12,302 nucleotides of DNA. It comes from Candidatus Thorarchaeota archaeon. GTDB taxonomy: Archaea; Asgardarchaeota; Thorarchaeia; Thorarchaeales; Thorarchaeaceae. Below, in pieces: positions 5,751 to 12,302 of this stretch. The stretch is from the NCBI GenBank assembly GCA_048882385.1, contig JBHLRQ010000087.1, positions 1-12,302 of the forward strand. Direction: 5' to 3'. The position numbers and the translations under genes were made by a program. Each line of letters begins with the position of its first letter. Position 1 is the first letter of the stretch. Under the pieces are notes generated by a model. It searched no databases. It was given only the letters and a program-made list of their open reading frames with translations, and was not told where the DNA came from.

Positions 5751-7814
5751 GTGACTAAACTGAGTAATTATCCAACCAAAGATCCAGTGCTTGTAACCTG
5801 CGGACTTCCATATGCAAGCGGTCGGATGCACATCGGTCACCTCAGGACCTACGTGCCTGCCGACGTGTTTGTCAGACTCCTGAAGAAAATGCGAGTGGAT
5901 GTCACGTTCGTCTGTGGGTCTGACACCCATGGTACGCCCGTCATCGTGCAGGCTGAAAAGGAGGGTCTCACACCAAAGGAGACTTATCAGAAGTACCACA
6001 AGATTCTGGAGGACACCTTTCCCCGACTCAACATCTTCTTTGACAACTATGGGCACACAGACAATGAGGAGAACCACAACCGGACCATCCAGATTGTCCA
6101 GACCCTCGTGGACAACGGACACATCTACGCAAAAGAGATTGAGACCCCATTCTGTGATACATGTGGTCGGTCTCAACCTGACCGTTTTGTACGGGGTGAG
6201 TGTCCATATTGTGGTGCAGATGCACGTGGAGATGAGTGTGACCAGGGATGTGGCCGATACATCGAGCCAGGTCTGATCCTAAACCCTCGATGCGCAGTGT
6301 GCGGAAACCCCACACGGCCAATCACTAGGAAACACCAGTTCCTTCGACTGAGTGCGTTTGAGGACTTCATCGGAGAGTACCTACAGACAGTTGACGGTAC
6401 CAAGAACGCGAGGAACTTCGCACTCGGGTGGGTCAAAGAGGGTCTCAGAGACTGGTGCATCACACGAGACCTAGACTGGGGAATCAAGTTCCCTGGGGAC
6501 GACTCACTTGTCCTCTATGTCTGGGTTGACGCACCGATTGGTTACATGTCGAGCACAGAGCAGTGGGCAAAGAAGATTGGTAAGCCTGATGAATGGGAGA
6601 AGTACTGGAAACCCGGTGACGGTCGATTAGTACACTACATCGGTCTGGACATTGTCCAACATCATTGCATATTTTGGCCTGCCATGCTAAAGGGCAGTGA
6701 CTACAATCTACCATTCGCTATTGTTGCATCAGGAATGGTCAAGATCGAGGGCCACAACTTCAGTCGCAGTCGTGGCTATGTGGTGTGGGTCGAGGAGGAC
6801 TATCTTGACAGGGGTCTTGACCCTGACTATCTCCGATACTATGTTGCTTCGTACACGTCGCAGACAAAGGACTTAGACTTCAGCTGGGACGCATTCGCTG
6901 AGAAGGTAAACAACGAGCTTGTGGCTACCTTGGGGAACTTCCTCTATCGAGCCATACACTTCACTCACAAGCACTTTGGTGAGGTACCAGAAGGGAAACT
7001 CGATTCAAATCTTAAGAAGGAACTTGAGGCTGCGATTGAAACAATAACTGATGCAGTGAATGAGTATGAGCTCAAAAAGGTCGCTGACGAAGTTCTCAGG
7101 ATTGCTTCAGTGGGTAATGAGTATTTCCAATCTCAGCAACCTTGGAAGCTTGTGAAAGAGGACAAGAAGAAGACTGGTGAGGTCTTGTTTAATGCTCTAG
7201 CCCTAGCTAAAGCACTAGCCATCTTCATTGAACCATTCCTCCCATCAACGGCTGAAACGATATGGGCTCAGCTTGGAAACGAACCCAATACAGTTCATGA
7301 ATCTCTATTGACCGAATCACTTACGCCTCCAAGCGTAGGGACCAAACTCATGAAACCAGCTCCAGTAATCTCTAAGATTGATGAGGATCTCCTCAAGGAG
7401 CTCAAACAGATAATAAGCGATCGAGTATCAGCTGCATCAGCAGCACAATCAGGAGAGGTTGAATTAAAATTGGCACCAATAAAGGACGCAATATCATTTG
7501 ATGAATTCCAGAAAGTAGACCTTCGAGCAGGTAAGATTCTGAAATGTGAGAAGGTGAAAGGAATGGATCGACTACTCAAGATCGAGGTAGATATCGGTAC
7601 CGAGAAACGCACCATGGCCACAGGTCTCGGACATCTTTACAAGCCTGAAGAGCTCGAAGGACTTACCGCTCTCTTCTTGGTCAATCTCGAACCCAAGAAG
7701 ATTGGTGGTATTGAGAGTCATGGCATGATTCTTGCAGTCGAACGGGCTGACAAGGAAGGCGAATGGGTGCCTGTGAAGCTTGAGGAAATTCCGCCTGGTA
7801 GTAAAGCTGCGTAA
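5751..7814 (+). CDS. metG: Methionine--tRNA ligase, archaeal type, with C-terminal Trbp111/EMAP-like tRNA-binding domain
   Basis: LPYASGRMHIGH (HIGH motif), GSDTHG, four Zn-knuckle Cys pairs (CDTC, CPYC, CDQGC, CAVC), DWCITRDLDWG, YVWVDAPIGY, NFSRS (KMSKS equivalent) and C-terminal DLRAGKI...ESHGMIL. The exact start codon is uncertain. Confidence 0.97.
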   Translation: MTKLSNYPTKDPVLVTCGLPYASGRMHIGHLRTYVPADVFVRLLKKMRVDVTFVCGSDTHGTPVIVQAEKEGLTPKETYQKYHKILEDTFPRLNIFFDNYGHTDNEENHNRTIQIVQTLVDNGHIYAKEIETPFCDTCGRSQPDRFVRGECPYCGADARGDECDQGCGRYIEPGLILNPRCAVCGNPTRPITRKHQFLRLSAFEDFIGEYLQTVDGTKNARNFALGWVKEGLRDWCITRDLDWGIKFPGDDSLVLYVWVDAPIGYMSSTEQWAKKIGKPDEWEKYWKPGDGRLVHYIGLDIVQHHCIFWPAMLKGSDYNLPFAIVASGMVKIEGHNFSRSRGYVVWVEEDYLDRGLDPDYLRYYVASYTSQTKDLDFSWDAFAEKVNNELVATLGNFLYRAIHFTHKHFGEVPEGKLDSNLKKELEAAIETITDAVNEYELKKVADEVLRIASVGNEYFQSQQPWKLVKEDKKKTGEVLFNALALAKALAIFIEPFLPSTAETIWAQLGNEPNTVHESLLTESLTPPSVGTKLMKPAPVISKIDEDLLKELKQIISDRVSAASAAQSGEVELKLAPIKDAISFDEFQKVDLRAGKILKCEKVKGMDRLLKIEVDIGTEKRTMATGLGHLYKPEELEGLTALFLVNLEPKKIGGIESHGMILAVERADKEGEWVPVKLEEIPPGSKAA

Positions 7815-7823
7815 TTCTAAATT

Positions 7824-7860
7824 TGAGAGATGAATCAATCATCTCTCATCATACTTTTTT
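7824..7860 (+). terminator. Hairpin plus T-tract terminator after metG
   Basis: Perfect 10-bp stem TGAGAGATGA/TCATCTCTCA with a 5-nt loop, then TTTTTT at 7855-7860. Confidence 0.65.
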
Positions 7861-7880
7861 CTACAGACCAAAAGGATAAT

Positions 7881-7896
7881 ATTAACAATTGTTAAT
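7881..7896. promoter_or_regulatory. Perfect 16-bp palindrome ATTAACAATTGTTAAT, putative operator
   Basis: Exact palindrome ending 10 nt before the likely ATG at 7907, overlapping an AT-rich promoter region. Confidence 0.45.
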
Positions 7897-7906
7897 TAGT
7901 TTCGTT

Positions 7907-8923
7907 ATGAAAAGACTAGTTTTCGTTTTAACAATTATGTTTACGCTCTCCCTTGTAGTACCAAATATCGTTGCGCATGTGCCAATTTCTGCACAGGATG
8001 GTGAAACGATGGAGACCGCATTCTTCATTGAGGAACCTACTAAGAGTTGGGTGATCTATTCTGAGCTCCATGAAGCTGGTCACCCTAAATATTTCGCATT
8101 TGAAATTGATGCTGGAACACGTATCAGGATGCTACTTTCAATTCCTGTTACCGTTGATTCATCGAGTTTCAATCCCTCGATTGCTCTAATGGGTCCTGGA
8201 ATTTCAAATTCAAGTTCAATTCCTGGGTTTTTGGAGATTCCAGAATCATCTGGCGTGATGATAATTGAAAGTGAATCTGCAACTCCTGAGTATGAAGGTT
8301 TTACGCCCACTAGTTTCTACGCACTTATTGACATTGATATGCATGCTCCAGCTACTGGAGAGTACTACTTTGCAGTTTACGATGAATCCAATGAAGGGTC
8401 GTTTTCTGTTGCTTTAGGATACGTGGAAACATTCACTCTTACCGAATGGCTTTTGGTACCTTTTAGTGTCATGACAATTCACCAGTGGAATGGACAGAGT
8501 CTTCTTTCAATTCTTACTCCAATGGTTACGACGGTAGTAATTGGACTGGGACTTCTATGGAATCGAAGGGAGGAAATCAAGGAACTCGAAAGCGGAATTA
8601 GCTGGATTGGTGCCGTTGGTGCGCTGCTCTTCTTTGGTAGTGGCATCACAATATTCTATCAGATAGTTTTGGCAGCACTGTTTGCTATCAACTTACAAAT
8701 AATCATCTCAGTTCTCTTTGGAATGCTACCTGTCCTACTAGGATTGTTTACAATTCGAATAGTACTGACTGAAAATTGGCAAAGCATGAGGTCAAAGCAG
8801 ATTCGGCTACTCATTCTGGGAGGAATATCACCATTTCTCTGGGCTGGTTTACTAATCGGTCCGACTTTGGTCATTCTCAGTGCTGTTTTTGCTTCAACCA
8901 TCACAAAGACCAAAACCATCTGA
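7907..8923 (+). CDS. Hypothetical membrane protein: signal peptide, extracellular beta-rich domain and about 5 C-terminal TM helices
   Basis: MKRLVFVLTIMFTLSLVVPNIVA-HVP resembles a signal peptide (ATG 7907 preferred to TTG 7889). A beta-strand-like domain (GEYYFAVYD..GSFSVALG) precedes the hydrophobic C-terminal half. Confidence 0.8.
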   Translation: MKRLVFVLTIMFTLSLVVPNIVAHVPISAQDGETMETAFFIEEPTKSWVIYSELHEAGHPKYFAFEIDAGTRIRMLLSIPVTVDSSSFNPSIALMGPGISNSSSIPGFLEIPESSGVMIIESESATPEYEGFTPTSFYALIDIDMHAPATGEYYFAVYDESNEGSFSVALGYVETFTLTEWLLVPFSVMTIHQWNGQSLLSILTPMVTTVVIGLGLLWNRREEIKELESGISWIGAVGALLFFGSGITIFYQIVLAALFAINLQIIISVLFGMLPVLLGLFTIRIVLTENWQSMRSKQIRLLILGGISPFLWAGLLIGPTLVILSAVFASTITKTKTI

Positions 8924-8943
8924 GTACTGCTTTGTTATTGTGA

Positions 8944-8967
8944 GGAGTCTGATAACTTTCAGACTCC
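8944..8967. terminator. Inverted repeat between convergent genes (probable bidirectional terminator)
   Basis: Perfect 9-bp stem GGAGTCTGA/TCAGACTCC with a 6-nt loop, between the stops at 8923 and 8993. Confidence 0.55.
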
Positions 8968-8992
8968 AATCAGCAATTTAACATGAGTATTC

Positions 8993-9982
8993 CTATCTAA
9001 GTTGAAACAGTTTTCGTCGTGACTTACTGACATCTTGAAACTGCTTCGTATCTTTGCTCTTTCCGAACTTATAGCCATAGATCTCTGAAAGTGTATTTTG
9101 AATTGATTCTCTTATTGTGAGAAGTTTTCGAGGGATAATTTTACGAATTCTATTATCTCTACATATGGTTTCATGACTCAAACCTTCAATCAATGGACGA
9201 GCTATGGTTGCTTGAATTGGTGTAACAAGCTCAACCCAATAACTACTCAAATTTGGTGTGAGCAAAGGAATCGGGAATGCAAGTCTTTGTATCAACCCTG
9301 CCTCAGTAGCATACATTGTCATTAGATCTTGGTATGTAGTTATTTCAGGTCCTCCAATATCAAACGACTGTCCAACTGTATCTGGTTTCGAAATACATCC
9401 AACAAGATATTCTATTGTGTCTTCGATTGATATTGGTTGGGTCTTTGTCCTGACCCACTTGGGAGTTATCATCACTGGTAATCTGTTAACGAGATAGCGC
9501 ATTATCTCAAATGATGCAGATCCAGGTCCTATGATCATTGCTGCTTGAAAAGTCGTAACTGGAGTTTTTGATGAACGCAGAATTCTTTCTACTTCTTTTC
9601 TGGAACGAAGGTGTAGGCTCAGCTCATCATCTTTTCTTCCTAATCCACCAAGATAGATTATTCTCTTTGTTCCTAATTCATCTGCAACTGTAACAATGTT
9701 CTTCGCTGCTTGTCTATCAAGATTTGCAAAGTCTTTTCCGGAATACATGGAATGAACTAGATAAAATACGACATCACAACCTTTCATGGCTTCTTTCAAT
9801 TCTTCGATGTCTAGCACATCTACATGTACAGTCTGAACTTTTGGATGAGCTTTCCAAGATTGCGATTTTAGTTTGCTCTCTGTTCTCCATCCTGCGTGTA
9901 CATTGTATCCTTCATCCACTAGCCGTTCCACAAGTCGTGAACCCACATATCCAGTAGAACCAAGGACAAGAATGTTGACCAT
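8993..9982 (-). CDS. NAD(P)-binding atypical SDR oxidoreductase (YbjT-like), without an extra C-terminal domain
   Basis: ILVLGSTGYVGSRLV Rossmann motif, then FYLVHSM, RIIYLGGLG, SLHLRSRKEVE, GSASFEIMRYLV, PVMITPKWV and IARPLIEGL. ATG 9982 follows SD-like GTGGGGA. Confidence 0.88.
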   Translation of the reverse strand: MVNILVLGSTGYVGSRLVERLVDEGYNVHAGWRTESKLKSQSWKAHPKVQTVHVDVLDIEELKEAMKGCDVVFYLVHSMYSGKDFANLDRQAAKNIVTVADELGTKRIIYLGGLGRKDDELSLHLRSRKEVERILRSSKTPVTTFQAAMIIGPGSASFEIMRYLVNRLPVMITPKWVRTKTQPISIEDTIEYLVGCISKPDTVGQSFDIGGPEITTYQDLMTMYATEAGLIQRLAFPIPLLTPNLSSYWVELVTPIQATIARPLIEGLSHETICRDNRIRKIIPRKLLTIRESIQNTLSEIYGYKFGKSKDTKQFQDVSKSRRKLFQLR

Positions 9983-10003
9983 ACAGTTCCCCACAGATTT
10001 CTG

Positions 10004-10471
10004 TTATTGATTCATTACTTCACCTAGAGCGTTTTCCAGTGAAGTAGCTTTCTCATCAGATATTTCACCAGACTCTCTCCAAAAGATAGTCCCGTTCTTA
10101 TCTACCAGATACAAGTAGAGTGTGTCTTCGGTTGGAATCTCTAATTGCTCCTTAAAGGGAGCTTTATCAATATACAGAGTTACTGTCCGCCCTCGTGTAT
10201 CTCGTGATGGTATTCCGCCACGCATTCCGCCGTCAATCATCCTTCTAAAGAAGACATTCATCTTTCTGATTGTTGGTAGTTCGTAATAATCGAACCATTC
10301 CTTTTTTTCCATCAGATGTTCCAGGAAGGGAACCCAGCTGTTTACTAGCCCCTGTTGCCACTGTTGAAAAGGTACTAGGAGAATATTGTAATCTCCTTTC
10401 AGTTCTGAAGGGATCCTGATTCGATCCCCATTCAGATTGCTTCCAACCACATTTGGAAATTTATTTGTCAT
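10004..10471 (-). CDS. ATP10-like thioredoxin-fold protein
   Basis: FPNVVGSNLNG..IP, PFQQWQQ..VNSW, YYELPTI, IDGGMRGGIP and YLVDKNGTIFWRESG resemble prokaryotic ATP10-family proteins. ATG 10471 (MTNKFP) is preferred to 10525. Confidence 0.7.
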   Translation of the reverse strand: MTNKFPNVVGSNLNGDRIRIPSELKGDYNILLVPFQQWQQGLVNSWVPFLEHLMEKKEWFDYYELPTIRKMNVFFRRMIDGGMRGGIPSRDTRGRTVTLYIDKAPFKEQLEIPTEDTLYLYLVDKNGTIFWRESGEISDEKATSLENALGEVMNQ

Positions 10472-10571
10472 AATAACAACAAAAATATTCACTATAGTTA
10501 TCAATATTTTCATAGGTCGATACAAGTATTATTGCATCAAGATGTTCTAAAAACATGCTTGAGGGATTATC

Positions 10572-11018
10572 ATGAAGATTGACGAAAAAGTGAAAGATAG
10601 AATAAAGAAAGTACTCGATTCTCAAAGCATTGCAGTTCTTGGTACATCTAAAAATGATGAGCCATATTCGTGCCTTGTTGGATATGAGATAACAAACGAT
10701 CTAAAATCAGCTATATTTGCAACAATGCGGAAGAGACTGAAATATGAGAACATTGCCGCCAATCCAAGGGTGACTTTGATCATTGATGACCGCGATCAAA
10801 AAGACAGTAGTTTCAATGAGACTACATCAATCACAATTGTTGGTAAGGCCAATGACATAGTAAATGAGGATCGAGAAAAGTACGCAGAGCTCCTTGTAAA
10901 GCGGCATCCTTCGCTAACCGATTTTGTGGAGTCACCAGACTGCGCAATCATTAAGGTTGATGTAGACAAAATCTATGTTGTGAGTGAGTTTGAGTCAGTT
11001 GTGAAAATTGGGAAATAA
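10572..11018 (+). CDS. Pyridoxamine 5'-phosphate oxidase-like flavin-binding split-barrel protein
   Basis: IAVLGT..EPYSCLV, FAT...KYENIAANPRVTLIID and ITIVGKA motifs. GAGGGA SD upstream. Confidence 0.88.
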   Translation: MKIDEKVKDRIKKVLDSQSIAVLGTSKNDEPYSCLVGYEITNDLKSAIFATMRKRLKYENIAANPRVTLIIDDRDQKDSSFNETTSITIVGKANDIVNEDREKYAELLVKRHPSLTDFVESPDCAIIKVDVDKIYVVSEFESVVKIGK

Positions 11019-11044
11019 AACACAATTCATGAATTAATATCATA

Positions 11045-11800
11045 TCACAATTCTGTGGTGTAACGAGTTTCTACATCCTCCCCTAATTTTTCCAATAGTG
11101 ATTCGATAGGTTCAACATAGAAATAATGACCACATTTTCTGCACGCTACCATTCCTTCTCGAGACCTGTCATCATTATAGTATCTGTTTGATTCTCTACA
11201 TAGTGGACACGTACTACGAGTTCCATTGAAGACAACGCGTTGACCATCCTTCTTAATCACTGTTGTAATCCCTGATCCTTGAACAGCAGGAGGTTGATCA
11301 AATACAGGAGGTGGTAATTTGAACCAGAATGCTACAGATCTTCCAATGAACCCAATCAGGATTGTGAAGAACACAATCGTGAAAATTGCAAACATAGTTG
11401 AGATACCTGATCCATAGTGCAAATTCCAGATATACAAGTAAGAAATCAAACCCGTAACAAGTAAAAGAGGTATAGCAAGCAACAGTCCCTGAACCAAGTA
11501 ATCAGTCAGAGCCCTTCCAGTTCGGAACTCCCATATCCAATTCGCCACCTTGAGATTGCTCCATCCTCCACCAATTATTAAAACCAAGAAACTGAGTAGA
11601 ATACCCACGAAATACAGGAAACTGTATCCAGAACTGATCAAACTACTTCCTACAAAGACTCCCCAGCCAGCAATCAAGATGTAAGTCAATAACGAAAGTA
11701 GTATTCCATGTGCAAAGAGCTTAGTCAATCCTATCGCCCAATTCTGATTACTAATAGGATTCAGACCTTGTCGGCTTCTTGACGGTGCATCTTCTATCAA
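11045..11800 (-). CDS. Membrane protein (4 TM) with Pro-rich linker and C-terminal zinc ribbon
   Basis: GGTGA lies 7 nt before TTG 11800. Four hydrophobic helices, LPPPVFDQPP linker and CPLC-x18-CRKC. Confidence 0.8.
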   Translation of the reverse strand: MIEDAPSRSRQGLNPISNQNWAIGLTKLFAHGILLSLLTYILIAGWGVFVGSSLISSGYSFLYFVGILLSFLVLIIGGGWSNLKVANWIWEFRTGRALTDYLVQGLLLAIPLLLVTGLISYLYIWNLHYGSGISTMFAIFTIVFFTILIGFIGRSVAFWFKLPPPVFDQPPAVQGSGITTVIKKDGQRVVFNGTRSTCPLCRESNRYYNDDRSREGMVACRKCGHYFYVEPIESLLEKLGEDVETRYTTEL

Positions 11801-11919
11801 GGTCGACTCACCTTCGCTCTTCTCAGATACCTACTGCAGACACAGGGTTTTAAGATTGCTGACTTCAGCCAATTGAAGAGATGCGAATCCTTTAGTATCA
11901 TGAAGTACTGTAAAAAGAT

Positions 11920-12004
11920 GTGGGCGTCCGTGAGGAATCATGGTAAACTGACCTTCCATTGGTTTACCACACCCAATGATCTCTTACTATCGCCCACCCC
12001 TTTT
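11920..12004 (+). ncRNA. Long imperfect intergenic hairpin, candidate small RNA
   Basis: Pairings: GTGGGCG/CGCCCAC (11920-11926 with 11991-11997), GTGAGG/TCTTAC, ATCA/TGAT and TGGTAAAC/GTTTACCA (11941-11948 with 11962-11969). TTTT follows at 12001. Confidence 0.35.
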
Positions 12005-12063
12005 GAAGTCATATATTACAGCGGACTTGCACATCTCGTTGGTGCGGCGGGGAGAAGAAGAAA

Positions 12064-12302
12064 ATGTCAAACTCGATCTATTTCCTTCGACATGCAGAAA
12101 CCAAATTTGACCCATCACTCTCTGTTCGTGAGTGGTCTATTACTCCTAACGGAGTAACGGAGTCAAAGAAACTAGCAGCAACAGAAGCCTTTGGTTTCAT
12201 AGAAGGGATAGTGCATTCGAGTGAAAAGAAGGCTCGCCAGACAGCTGAGGTCTTTGCTGAGGGACTCGATGTCCAGACATACGAATTGCCTGGACTGGAT
12301 GA
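12064..12302 (+). CDS. Histidine phosphatase (phosphoglycerate mutase-like) family protein, 3'-truncated; absent from the ORF track
   Basis: ATG 12064 gives MSNSIYFLRHAETKFDPSLSVREWSITPNG...IVHSSEKKARQTAEVF...LPGLDE, with the RH[A/G] catalytic motif and the SS..KAxQTA and LxE motifs. Confidence 0.9.
   Translation, partial: MSNSIYFLRHAETKFDPSLSVREWSITPNGVTESKKLAATEAFGFIEGIVHSSEKKARQTAEVFAEGLDVQTYELPGLD

Noticed and set aside
5751-7814. Functional link between metG and the SAM/corrinoid operon
   Set aside because: MetRS does not make SAM, and a 225-nt spacer separates them; adjacency alone is insufficient.
5691-7838. Many antisense and alternate-frame ORFs over metG, and similar ones over other genes
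   Set aside because: These are shadow ORFs of real genes, favoured by the higher GC in metG.
11024-11035. 12-bp palindrome AATTCATGAATT
   Set aside because: AT-rich and between convergent stops; at most a weak terminator element.
11920-11997. tRNA gene
   Set aside because: It has an acceptor-like closing stem but no T-loop (TTCRA) and no cloverleaf.
11873-12157. 94-aa + strand ORF from the track
   Set aside because: It overlaps, out of frame, the clear histidine phosphatase starting at 12064 and has no recognisable motifs.
12147-12163. Tandem repeat TAACGGAG x2
   Set aside because: Short, inside coding sequence, frame preserved; likely chance.

Overview
Archaeal window. GGTGA-type ribosome-binding sites, TTG/GTG starts and an archaeal-type MetRS support this; an Asgard (Thorarchaeota-like) origin is my inference, not proven. 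The main feature is a two-gene operon at 3439-5525. The first gene is a class I SAM-dependent methyltransferase fused to a complete HgcA-like corrinoid membrane protein, with a variant cap helix (GINVWCAARGKHF). The second is an HgcB-like 2[4Fe-4S] ferredoxin with the extra GxGC and C-terminal CC cysteines. Together they look like a self-contained SAM-to-cobalamin-to-substrate methylation system related to, but divergent from, the mercury-methylation genes hgcAB. Upstream are a 5'-truncated DUF4332-like protein, a small membrane protein with a possible in-frame UGA and SECIS-like pattern, two small ORFs (46 aa acidic; 38 aa very basic) around a three-hairpin element, and a membrane protein coupled to a second SAM methyltransferase. 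Downstream are metG, a secreted/membrane protein, a YbjT-like SDR with an ATP10-like protein, a PNPOx-like protein, a membrane Zn-ribbon protein, a long intergenic hairpin and a 3'-truncated histidine phosphatase missing from the ORF track. I saw no rRNA, tRNA, CRISPR array or transposase.
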